64,000 bases of DNA from Heterodontus francisci (taxonomy: Eukaryota). Both the position numbers and the translations under genes were made by a program. The notes under the pieces were generated by a model. That model did no database searches and had not been told where the DNA came from. It saw only the letters and a list, made by a program, of their open reading frames with translations. The stretch's first letter is position 1. Every line of letters starts with the position of its first letter. Positions 25,701 through 37,151 of the stretch are shown here, one piece after another. The stretch covers positions 43,669,682-43,733,681 of the forward strand of contig NC_090380.1 of assembly GCF_036365525.1 (NCBI RefSeq), in the 5' to 3' direction.

Positions 25701-26738
25701 GAAGATTACAGATCACTGCTTAACCCGCTTGGAAAAAGAGAAACATGTTATCAACTAAGATCAAAGAAAGAGTACAATCAACATCTGTGACAGTAGACTT
25801 AAAAGTTAGTAAATGGGACATGTTAATTCGAAACAGAACCATATGGAGCAGCTCAGATTAATGGAAACAATTGGGGAAAGAGATGATTGATATTTCACAG
25901 ATTTACGAACATAAATCCAGAGGGTATAATGCTTTAAGGATTAAGGAATCATTGAGGTATAACAGAGACACATTGTCGGCGACCTCTTCCGGTAATTATT
26001 ATCTGTAACAGGTGAACTCGGCGACAGGAATGCAGCTACAATTTGGACACCCCCCACCCCAGTCGATCTAAAGGTGAATACGGAAGCTGCAAGCGCCCAA
26101 TTGAAATGTGAAACAATACTAACTGGGGACCTACAAACATTCCCCGCTCTTTACCTTTGGAATGTATTAGCACCTAAAAGACACCTGTCAATTATCCAAT
26201 TGCTGAATTCTGCCTTCAGCTCAACTGCAACTTCAACCAAACTGGACGAGAAGCAGCAATCCGGTGCACACATACTCATTTGTTAACAAAATGAACTACT
26301 CCAGAATATAGTCAACGCTTGTTTTTTTTTTAAGATTGTGGAAGTCTTTTGTTGCCTTTGGGAATTAAAGCAATCCCTGTAGCAATGAATCCAAACACAC
26401 CACTACATAAAAACCCAGCAAGCCGGACATGCTTTTTCATGTAATCTGATTTCTCCCGAGATGAAGCAGCTGGAAGCAGATCGGAGAAAGACAAAGATCT
26501 AGTCAATGACACTGACAGTTCTCAACTAATAGTTTACTGCATTATCTGCTATTTCAATTCCAACTCTCCGACACTCGCAAACGGGCACAACTCGTATTTT
26601 ATTCTCATTTTCATCCCAACACAAACATCACTGAAGTTACTAAAAGCCTTTCTTTGCCGTTCGGCGAACATTAACGGTGGACACATTAATCACAATAAGC
26701 GGGAAACGTTCAATGAAACTAAGTTGGAAGAAACTTAC

Positions 26739-26859
26739 CGATTCTGAGGACTTGTTGAGAACTCTGCGATGGCACTATAAAGATATATAGTAGGAGGCAA
26801 AGTGCAGCCTTTGTATCCCGAAATAACACGCTGAGATCGCAGCACATGGTTATTCTCAT
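26739..26859 (-). CDS. GRIK1: First coding exon (signal peptide) of glutamate receptor ionotropic, kainate 1 (GluK1)
   Basis: MRITMCCDLSVLFRDTKAALCLLLYIFIVPSQSSQQVLRI+G followed by a perfect phase-1 donor GTAAGT (26738-26733). Aligns by recollection with the mammalian GluK1 N-terminus (..RDTSWALLYFLCYILPQTAPQVLRIG), whose first exon ends at the same codon. The start could alternatively be the ATG at 26847 or 26931. Confidence 0.88.
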
Positions 26860-27350
26860 GGATTCTCTCTTCCACACTAAATCAAATGGGAGTATTTGTT
26901 GGGATCCAGCACTCGACGACTCTGTCCCCATTCCATGGTCGGTTACACTGCTGACTGAGAGTACATGGTAATGAATAATCCTGGCCGCCCGTCTCCTCCT
27001 TACTGCACCAAACACACACGGGGTTCTGAGTCGGCGAAACACACAGACCACTGCCCGTCCCTCCTTGAGCGGCAGCTGGTAAGTGCTGTGCCCCACTGGC
27101 TTAGAGCTGCCAGTTTAGTGCCATGAATCTGGCTTGGGTGTCAAAGACGATCGGAGAAGACGTGTCTCGCCGCAGCGCCGGAGCTCACCGTTCACCAGCC
27201 GGCGCTTCCACATCAGTAAAATGAGGAGATCAGCCAGAGAGAGAAATCCCAATCTCACATTTAATCCTCATTCCCGCTGCTGTTTTGAGAACTCCAATCA
27301 AACCTTTCGACTGAGAAACTACAGTGTGACCGCGCTAGAGTTAAACCCTC
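26860..27350 (-). promoter_or_regulatory. CpG-rich 5' UTR / promoter region of GRIK1
   Basis: Unique, non-repeat sequence with a visibly raised CpG density (cgccgcagcgccgg, ccggcgc, tcggcg) directly upstream of exon 1. TSS not determinable. Confidence 0.7.
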
Positions 27351-27354
27351 AACC

Positions 27355-27878
27355 TGTCATCGAGTCGTTTACGGTATAGAAGGAGGCCGTTCGGCCCATC
27401 GAGTCCATGCTGGCTCTCTGTGGAGCAATCCAGTCAGTCCACCCACTCAATCCCCACAGCCCTGGAAGTTTATTTCCTTCGTGACCATCCAATTTCCTTT
27501 TGAAATCATTGATGGTCTCCGCTTCCACCACCCTTGTGGGTAGTGAGTTCCAGGTCATTATCACTCACTGTGTAAAAAAGTTTTTCCTCACATTCCCCCC
27601 TGCATCTCTTGCCCAAAACCTTCATTCTGTGGCCCCTAGTCGTTGTACCATCAGTTAATGGAAACAGTTTTTCCTTGTCTAACTTATCTAAGCCTGTCAT
27701 AATCTTCTACACCTCTATCAAATCTCCTTTGCTGCAGGTAGAACAACCCCAGCTTTTCCAACCTAATTTTTGTAACTAAAAGCCCTCATCCCTGGAACCA
27801 TTCTGGTAAATCCCCTCTGTACCCTCTCAAGGACCCTCACATTCTTCCTAAAATGTGACCAGAACTGGACACAATACA
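27355..27878 (-). mobile_element. CR1 LINE 3' fragment
   Basis: ORFs 27349-27700 (KLFPL..TRGHRMKV; WNSLPTRVVEAETINDFKRKLD); closely similar to 10900-11450. Confidence 0.9.
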
Positions 27879-27879
27879 G

Positions 27880-28505
27880 TGAGTTGCTGCAGTGCATCTT
27901 GTAGATGGTACACACTGTTGCCACCGTGCATCAGTCATGGAGGGAGTAAATGTTGAAGAGGGTGGATGGGGTGCCAATCAAGCGGGCTGCTTTGTCCTGG
28001 ATGGTGTCGAGCTTCTTGAGTGTTGTTGGAGCTGCACTCATCCAGGCAAGTGGAGAGTATTCCATCACACTCCTGACTTGTGCCTTGTAGATGGTGGACA
28101 GGCTTTGGGGAGTCAGGAGGTGGGTGACTCGCTGCAGAATTCCCAGCCTCTGACCTGCTCCTGTAGCCACAGTATTTATATGGTTGGTCCAGTTAAATTT
28201 CTGGTCAATGATCACACCCCAGGATTTTGATGGTGGGGGATTCAGTGATGGTAATGCTGTTGAATGTCAAGGGGAGATGGTTGGATTCTCTCTAGTTGGA
28301 GATGGTCTTTTGTGGTGTAAACATTACTTGCCACTTATCAGCCCAAGGCTGAATGTTCTCCAGGTCTTGCTGTATGTGGGCATGAACTGCTTCAGTATCT
28401 GAGGATTTGTGAATGATGCTGAACATTGTGCAATCATCAGCGAACATCCCCACTTCTGATCTTATGATAGAGGGAAGATCATTGATGAAGCAGCTGAAGA
28501 TGGTA
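27880..28505 (-). mobile_element. LINE RT fragment, same family as 55335-58170
   Basis: ORF 27931-28215 DQKFNWTNHINTVATGAGQRLGILQRVTHLLTPQSLSTIYKAQVRSVMEY, nearly the same as ORF 57466-57963. Confidence 0.9.
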
Positions 28506-29059
28506 TCAATGCGTGCGCTACTGATTTATACCATTTAAGATTTCGGTAGGTATTTTAAAACACATCCCAGAAGTTCTGTCATTGTTGATACTTGAACTCT
28601 GTGGTGTTAACACCATTTTAACGTGTAAAATTGTCTTTCTGCATTGTTGGAATTATGCTGACTGAAATGAAATTTACTGGCTACCAGATTCCACCATTTG
28701 GGAGTTGGAGCTTCAATTAAACATGGTGGGTTTTAATTCAAACTACTGGGATAATAGCTTTCTATCTGAATGCTGAATATCCAGGGTTTAGTTGCATAAA
28801 ATGTACATATTGAATAAAATTCGATCTTTGGTCCATCCAGGAGATGATCAGCAATCAGTTGTTACTTAAAGTACTTTATTTCTTTGAGTTTTTTGCGTTT
28901 ATTTTTCTGTACTATTTATTCGCTTTCTATCAAATATTTTGTCTAACCTAGTTAGTAAACAACTATTTTAAAAGAAAACTTATTTTTCTTACATTTTAGC
29001 TTTCTTTTCAATTCTATAATATGAAGAAACTAGCATTTCTGATGTTAGTAGAAGTCAAT

Positions 29060-29688
29060 GGATATAGACAGGCTGATCGAATGGTGGATGAAATTTAATG
29101 CAGAGAAGTGTGAAGTGATACATTTTGGTACAATGAGGAAAGACGAAATAAAATAAAGGATGCAAATCTAAAGGGGGTGCAGGAACAGAGAGTCCTGGGG
29201 GTATAAGTACACAAATAGTTGAAGGTAGCAGGGCAGATTGAGAAAGTGGTTAAAAAGGCATATGGAATCCTGGGCTTTATAAATCAAAGCATAGAAAGTT
29301 GAGAGGTGATTTGATAGAGGTGTTCAAAACCATGAGGGGTCTAGTCAGAGTTGATGGAGAGAAACTGTTGCCATTGGCAGAAGGGTCGAGAACCAGAGGA
29401 CACCAATATAAGATGAATGGCAAAGGAAGCAACAGCGACATGAGGAAAAAACTTTTTTATGCAGCGAGAGGGTAGGATTTGGATTCACTGCCTGAGACAG
29501 TGGTGGAAGCAGATTCAATTGTGGCTTTCAGAAGGGAAATGGATAAGCACCTGAAGAGAAAAAGTTGCAGGGCTACGGGGAAAGGGCGGGGGTGTGGGAC
29601 TAGCTGAGTTGCTGTGTTGCAGAGTTGGCACAGACACGACGGGCCAAATGGCCTCCTTCTGTGCTGTAATCCATTCTATGATTCTATG
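29060..29688 (+). mobile_element. CR1 LINE 3' fragment with internal deletion
   Basis: MKFNAEKCEVIHFG; TRGH; tail attctatgattctatg. Confidence 0.88.
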
Positions 29689-29699
29689 AAGGGTCACAT

Positions 29700-29795
29700 G
29701 TTCTGATGGTCACTGACCTGAAATGTTAACTCTGCTTCTCTCTCCACAGATGCTGCAAGACCTGCTGAGTATTTCTAGCATTTCTTGATTTTATT
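29700..29795 (+). mobile_element. Short Penelope-type element (copy C)
   Basis: gttctgatggtcactgacctgaaatgttaactctg..ccacagatgctgcaagacctgctgagt. Confidence 0.7.
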
Positions 29796-30246
29796 ATCTA
29801 TGATTCAAAGACTATTTCTCACCACATGGTGTGAATTAAAAGCATTCATTGTGGATATAAGCCTCTTCCGCAGTTACCCTTCTCAGCGTCATGAATTTCA
29901 TGGGCTCCTGATCTGGTTCAACCTTTTCTTCTGTGTGTGCTTCCACCTAATCACCCACCCCGAGTTCAGTTTCTGACTGACAGACATTTGCAACCCAAGA
30001 AAAATAATGGACTTAGCTGATAAAATAAGGAGAACAGAATGCTTTGAAAAGGCTGATTCGGACAATTATGCCCAAATCTAATGCATACAAGTCTTTGGCA
30101 AGTCTATCAGTATTGGCATGAGCACACCTTTATCTCTTTGGCCTTTCATAGATACAGTAGCCTGAAATTTCCTGCGTATTTGTGCCCAGAGATATGCATA
30201 ATTGGAGCACAAAGCAAATAGACGGCCTAAAAGATTGCTGAATTCT

Positions 30247-31164
30247 GGGCATGAATTCTGCCTGTAAGTAGAATCTCCTGAATCTTTTATGATCGTCTAT
30301 CAATCCCTCCACCCAGATACATCTCTGCCCATAATAATGGCCCCACCCCAAGTTCCAGAGTCTTACATGTGTGTTCCTTGCAACTATGCTTGCTCACAGA
30401 TTCTTCAAAGTATCCTGGATTTTGTGGAGAGTGGCGAAATAAGGCACTTGCTGCTGACCTCAAAGAAACATGCCCATAAAGGTCAAGCAATCCCTGTGTC
30501 TGGAATTTCCCCCTTTCTCACCAAAGTTTATATCTGGCACCAAAGCAAGGTGATATCTTGGCCTGCAGCAACAGTGATATCAACACATAGGTACGAAGCC
30601 AATCACATTGAAGTATTCACACACAGCAAACCAGGAAGTTAAAAGCACCAAATAGCCTTCATGTTTAATTTAAATTCTCTGATAGCAAATTCAATGTATG
30701 CATTAAGATAGAAGCCAAAATAAAATTTAATAGACTTAAAAAAGAAAAAAATTATGCTTTTAAAACTGTGAATTTTTAATCATTGCAAAGAAATGTAACA
30801 TTCCACAAATATTAAATTTGATTCTCAGGGCTTGTGAAGGTGTTCAGCAGTAATTCTGAAGTTAATACATGGTTCAAACCCTAATTACACCTCATTCAAC
30901 AAGGTGTAACGTTTTCTAGGGTTTTGACAGTGAGACTAACAGTGTAAGAGGGGAAGCTCTCACCAATTCATGATTACAAGGGAGATAGCAGTCTGAGAAT
31001 CTCTACAGCGCACCCTATGGAGGTGCACAGACTCACTGACAGCAACTTCTGGATTTCCACATTTTATGCGCTTGTCCGAGTTCCCGAAGTTGCTGTCAGT
31101 CTCAGTGGAGTAATGATGGCGCATGTTGAAGGTTTGCCATCATTACCATCACAAAATCTATGCC
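30247..31164. mobile_element. Old Harbinger-like MITE
   Basis: Imperfect TIRs GGGCATGAATTCTG and CAAAATCTATGCC; subterminal hairpin at 31035-31100 related to the sequence at ~13350-13410. Confidence 0.5.
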
Positions 31165-32409
31165 ATTATGACCAGACATTTAAGCGCAACTGTCAGGCAA
31201 GCCCCCCACCTACAAAGACGGAGGCACACATTATTTCACCACATAAAAAGTAAAACTTAAAATTGCAAGCCCCTGACTGGAAAGACATTTGCATAGTAAC
31301 CGACAGTGTTGGAACAATCGAGACCCAGTCGTTGCTTCCCAATACACAAACGAAATGGTCAAACCAGTTTTAGTCACATGAGTTAGCACAGGCTGTCCAG
31401 TCTGAAAGTGAAGCAGAGGGAATCCTTGATTGCTACTATTTAAATAATGAGGTACTGATGAGGAAATGGAGTTTTCCTCACGACCTGAGGGCAAGGAGTA
31501 CACAGCAGTTCACCAGTTAGTGGTGCCGCAGAGGTACCAGGGAAAAATATTAAGAAGGGCCCACGAGACTACAGTGGCTGTACATGCCGGTATACGAAAG
31601 ACCAAAGCCTGCATAAGACAGCAGTTTGACTGGCCAAAACTCCACAAAGATGTGGTGGAGTAATGCAGGAGTTGCCACATGTGCCAAGTTGAGTGGAAAC
31701 CCCAGCTACAGTGAAACCTGCACCCCTAAGCACTGTACCAGTGTTAGAAGGACCCTCCAGCAGAGGGCTGGTGAACTGTAAGGACCCCCGCTGAGAACAA
31801 AAGGGGACAGGCAGGCACACAGCTGGCAAACGTTTAGAAAGGGAAGGGGAAAAAGTGACCAAGAGGGCAGCTTAAAGAACACCCAGGAAGAATCCTGGAT
31901 GAAAACCCCTACTGTCCGGTCAACCAACCCTGAAAATGTGAAAAGTTAGACCCCACATCCTCCTATGTCAATACAGACTCAAGAAGCACCCCAACAAAGT
32001 TGCTAACAGCAATTACAGGAACCTGCAGAGACAAAGAGAGATCTCTAGAGAGCACAGAAACTGTGAGGGTGATGCCTCAGCTAATCGAAGGGTCACAGGA
32101 GAGTGCAGTTAAGTCTGCACAAATACTTGCAGGTAGGAGTGTCCCAAAGAACAAAGGGGAGATTAACAAAGACTCCTCCCCCACAGTCAGAGGAAAAGGG
32201 AACCGCCAATCGCCTGAAGTCAAAAGTCTTTGTAAAGCAGCCCTTGCCCCAGAACAGACCATTTTTAATAAGCTTTAAGATTGGTGAATGAATGGAAAAG
32301 AATGAGAGAAATGCATGGTTTTTCTTTCTGTATCTTATATTTCTCTCAAACTCTGTAATGAAGTGCACTGTTTTCCTCAAATCGCATTTCATTCCCCTGG
32401 GTGTGAAGG

Positions 32410-33226
32410 TGTCAGGCAAACTCCCTACCCGTCAAGACTGAGGCACACATTATTTGGCCACATGAACAGTAAAACTTAAAATTGCAAGCATCTGACTGGA
32501 AAGACATTTGCATAGTAACAGACAGTATTGGAAGAATGGGGACCCAATCGTTGCTTCCCCAATATACAGAAGAAGTGGTCAGACCAGTTTTAGTTATATG
32601 AATAACTGGCAGTTGCAGAGGTTGGAACTGAGAGTGTTTTAAATTGGAGAAAACAGTGTTTGAAGTCAGAAAGCCATGTGCTCCCGGTTGGAACAGAATC
32701 TCCTCTCCAGTCCTGCCTGCCTCCATCTCTTTCCCATGGCACTGAATCTTGTGCAAACATGTGAACCTCAAAAAGAGAATAGTCTCCTACATGAACAAGG
32801 TTTAAGAAGAACACTGGGCCCCAACGAACAGCAAGACTACCTACAATCAAGTGAGCTCGAAGCACAGTAAAAAAAAACCCTTTAGAGACTGCCTCAAACC
32901 TTTCCCCTTATACTTTCTTCTTCTCTTTTCTGTCCCTAATTGCAAATGCGTATCGCATGTGCATGCTTGCGTGGGCACGTCGTATATCCGTAGGTGTTAA
33001 CTGTTAGAGTTTAAGTTTAAAGTTTAATAAAATTTCATCTTTCTTCTTTAAACCTTAGAAAACCTTTGTGAATTGGTTTCTTTGTCTTATAATTGGAAAG
33101 CTGTGAACAAGGATTCACAAAAGGGGGAGTTCAAAACACAGTGTGTTTAAAAATAAAACTCTGTTACAATAAGACCAGGTAAAGACAGCAAAAGACCCCA
33201 GACACATTTCTCACCTGGTCGTAACA
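32410..33226 (+). repeat. Central LTR (TG...CA) followed by a degenerate tRNA-Pro-like PBS
   Basis: TGTCAGGCAAAC..CTGGTCGTAACA; AATAAA at ~33026; next TGGGTGTTAGCTTCTGGGAT resembles TGGGGGCTCGTCCGGGAT. Confidence 0.85.
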
Positions 33227-33367
33227 GAAATTTGGGTGTTAGCTTCTGGGATTTTACCCACAGACGAATGAACGAAATTGGAAGTGGGAAGCCAAATTGT
33301 TCCCAATCAAAAATAGCAAAAATTTCAATACAGGTTTTCTTGTGGTTGTGTGTGATTGAATAATAAC

Positions 33368-35640
33368 ATGTCTGCAACTGAAGCGAGTTGCTCTCCAAGC
33401 CAGGGTGAAGTAACTTGGGATAAGTTAATAGCACTGTCTATGGAGGAATTGAGAAAAATGGCTGAGCAGTGTGGGATCACTGTATGTGGCAAGGCCAGGA
33501 AGTATGAACTCCTAAGGCTAGTGGCCAACCACTTTTCCCTTGACTTTGAAGAAGCAGAAGCAGGGTTAGAGGTAGACCCAGGATATTGCTGGGTATTGCT
33601 AGCAAAAGTACAATTGGGACAAAAGAAACTTGAATTAGAAGACAGGGAAAGAGAAAAAGAAGGGGAGAGACAGGAGAAAGAGAGAGAAAGAGACAGGAAA
33701 AAGAGTGAGAGAGAGACAGAAGAAGGGGAAAGAGAGAGCCTTCCAAAAGGGACGTGAAGAGAATGACAGGCAGGAGAGAGAGAGAAAGAATATTCTGGAA
33801 AGAATCCGGAGAGAGCTGAAGCGGTTTGAGTTAACTAGGGGGCGACAGAGTAACCCTAGTGAAAGCATAGCCAATATGGAGGAGCACAATTCAGGGCTGG
33901 GTACAAGATTGCTAAAACTCATTCAACTAATTCCAAAATTCAATGAGGAAGATGTGGAAGTGTTTTACATGTCTTTTGAGAAACTGGCAAGGCAGCTAAA
34001 ATGGCTGGTCTCTAAGACCTGGTCTCTCTTATTGCAAAGAAAATTAACTGGAAAAGCAGATGAGGTTTATTCCTTGTTGCCAGATGGGAGTTCATCAAAT
34101 TATGAACTGACCAAAAATGCTATCCTCGGGGCATATGAATTAGTACCCGGAGCCTATTGCCAAAAGTTTAGAACCCTCAAAAAGCAAGCTAATCAAACTT
34201 ATCTGGAGTTTGAAAGAAGTAAGCAGCTGGCTTTTGACCAGTGGCTTTAAAAATACAGCTCAGCTATGAGACTCTCAGAGAAGTAATCCTGTTAGAGGAA
34301 TTTAAAAACTCTCTCCCACTCTCAATAATAACCCATGTAGAGGAGCAGCGGGTTCTGGGAGCCCAGCAAGCGGCCGTTCTGGCTGATGAGTTTGCTTTAA
34401 TTTATAAGTCAGTTTCCCAAGTGAGAACCTTTCATAATCACCCCCACCAATCCGAAAAGGACAAAGGGCGGGAAGGTGATATCTGCCCAGGCAGTCCTGG
34501 CAGAGAAAGGAAAGCACCTGTGTGCTTCCATTGTAATAAGGCAGGGCATTTAAATGCTGACTGCTGGACACAAAAGGGGAAACCGGTAGGGTTAATCAGG
34601 GCACACCCGCTCAGTGAAGACGAGTGCCTGATGCAAAACACAGAACAAGCTGTGGCTTTAACTGCAGTAAGAGTGCAACCCAGGAAGCTTACTGTGACCA
34701 GTTCAGGAAAAGTTAATAGGATTCCTGAAGGTTATCAGGGTTTTGTGTTTGAAGGGAAAGTAACCCAATGTTCCTCGAGTGAGGCAAGCACCCGATAATA
34801 ATTCTCAGGGACACAGGGGCCACCAGATCCCTTTTACTAGGAAAATGCCTGATCTTTCCCCCAGTGAGTGTAGTGAACACCAGAATGGTGGTGAATGGTA
34901 TTGGAGGGCAGTGTATGCCTGTACCTGTACACCAGGAGCACCTGGAGCGCAACCTAGTTTTGGGACCGGTGACCGTAGGGATTGTCCCTAGTTTGCCTGT
35001 GGACAGGGTTGACCTGCTCCTAGATAATGATCCGGCAGGGGTGAAGGTGGTAACCCTCCCAGTAGTGAAAGAAAGACCGCAGGAGGTCAGAGAGTCAGGG
35101 CAGTGACCAGAGACGGTCCCCTGCAGAGTTCCTGAATGTGTAATGGATCAGGCCATGATCAAACCAGCTCCCCCAGAGGAGACTGCACTGACACTGCAGG
35201 CAGATGACCTGCCTGTCCGTGACTTTCTTTGGAAAGTTAGGAGACCCAGGGAATTAATTAAATGGATTTTCCCTAGCTGGGGCTCAGTGAGCCGACCCAG
35301 TATTGCAACAGTAAGCACAGGCTGGCCAGTCTGAAAGTGAAGCAGAGGGAATCCCTGATTGCTACTATTTAAATAATGAGGTACTGATGAGGAAATGTTT
35401 TCCTCATGACCTGAGGGCAAGGAGTGGACAGCAGTTCACCAGTTAGTGGTGCCGCAGAGGTACCAGGGAGAAATATTAAGAAGGGCCCACGAGACTACAG
35501 TGGCTGTACATGCCGGTATACGAAAGACCAAAGCCTGCATAAGACAGCAGTTTGACTGGCCAAAACTCCACAAAGATGTGGTGGAGTACTGCAGGAGTTG
35601 CCACATGTGCCAAGTTGAGTGGAAAACCCACCTACAGTGA
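33368..35640 (+). pseudogene. gag-protease-integrase Zn-finger pseudogene of the Gmr1-like element
   Basis: EELRKMAEQCGI..; coiled-coil; IPKFNEEDVEVFYMSFEKLA..W; SCAN-like LREVILLEEFKNSLP; CFHCNKAGHLNADC; ILRDTGAT (~34801); AHETTVAVHAG..WPKLHKDVVEYCRSCHMCQ. Frameshifted; no IN core, RT or RNase H. Confidence 0.88.
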
Positions 35641-36338
35641 AACCTGCACCTCTAAGTCCTGTACCAGTGTTAGAAGGACCCTCCAGCAGAGGGCAGGTGA
35701 ACTGTAAGGGACCCCCGCTGAGAACAAAAGGGGACAAACAAGCGCACGGCTGGCAAATGTTTAGAAAGGGAAGGGGAAAATGTGACCAAGAGGGCCGTTT
35801 AAAGGAAGCCCGGGAAGAATCCTGGATGAAAACCCCTACTGTCCGGTCAACCAACCCTGAAAATGTGAAAAGTTAGACCCCACATCCTCCTATGTAAATG
35901 CAGACTCTAGAAGCACTCCACTAGAGTTGCTAACAGCAATTACCAGGAACCTGCAGAGACAAAGAGAGATCTCTAGGCAGCACAGAAACAGTGAGGGTGA
36001 TGCCTCAACTAGTCGAAGGGTCACAGGAGAGTGCAGTTAAATCTGCACAAATACTTGCAGGTAGGAGTGTCCCAGAGAACAAAAGGGAGATTAACAAAGC
36101 CTCCTCCCCCACAGTCAGAGGAAAAGGGAACCGCCAATCGCCTGAAGTCAAACGTCTTTGTAAAGCAGCCCTTGCCCCAGAACAGACCATTTTTAATAAG
36201 CTTTAAGATTGGTGAATGAATGGAAAAGAATGAGAGAAATGCATGGATTTTCTTTCTGTATCTTATATTTCTCTCAAACTCTGTAATGAAATGCACTGTT
36301 TTTCCTCAAATCGCATTTCATTCCCCTGGGTGTGAAGA

Positions 36339-37151
36339 TGTCAGGCAAACTCCCCACCCGTCAAGACTGAGGCACACATTATTTCGCCACATGAGCAGTA
36401 AAACTTAAAATTGCAAGCCTCTGACTGGAAAGACATTTGCACAGTAACAGACAGTATTGGAACAATGGGAACCCAATCGTTGCTTCCCCAATTAACAGAA
36501 GAAGTGGTCAGACCAGTTTTAGTCATATGAATAACTGGCTGTTGCAGAGGTTGGAACTGAGAGTTTTACATTGGAGAAAACAGTGTTTGAAGTCAGAAAG
36601 CCATGTGCTTCCGGTTGGAACAGAATCTCCTCTCCAGTCCTGCCTGCCTCCATCTCTTTCCCACGGCACTGAATCTTGTGCAAACATGTGAACCTCAAAA
36701 AGAGAAAAGTCTCCTACATGAACAAGGTTTAAGAAGAACACTGGGCCCCAACGAACAGCAAGACTACCTACAATCAAGTGAGCTCCAAGCACAGTAAAAA
36801 AAAACCTTTAGAGACTGCCTCAAACCTTTCCCCTTATACTTTCTTCTCTTTTCTGTCCCTATTTGCATGTGCGTATCGCGTGTGCATGCTAGCGTGGGCA
36901 CGTCGTATATCTGTAGGCGTTAACTGTATTAGAGTTTAAGTTTAAGGTTTAATAAAATTTCACTCTTTCTTCTTTAAACCTTAGAAAACCTGTGTGAACT
37001 GGTTTCTTTGTCTTATAATTGGAAAGCTGTGAACAAGGATTCACAAAAGGGGAGCTCAAAACACAGTGTGTTTATAAAAAAAACACTGTTACAATAAGAC
37101 CAGGTAAAGACAGCAAAAGGCCCCAGACACATTTCTCACCTGGTCATAACA
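36339..37151 (+). repeat. 3' LTR
   Basis: Closely similar to 32410-33226; TG..CA termini. Confidence 0.9.

Larger units (their letters stand above)
31191..37151 (+). mobile_element. Composite Gmr1-like non-autonomous LTR retrotransposon with three LTRs
   Basis: Partial LTR 31191-~31381; internal 3' part ~31382-32409; LTR 32410-33226; internal 33227-36338; LTR 36339-37151. GCAAC on both outer flanks (31186-31190, 37152-37156). Confidence 0.88.

Noticed and set aside
26860-27096. Full 125-aa ORF 26719-27096 as a protein
   Set aside because: It starts at a non-ATG codon and reads through the splice donor. Only the last ~40 codons match GluK1; the rest is 5' UTR or intron.
33635-33790. GA-rich low-complexity tract as a separate repeat
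   Set aside because: It encodes the E/R/K-rich coiled-coil of the retrotransposon Gag.
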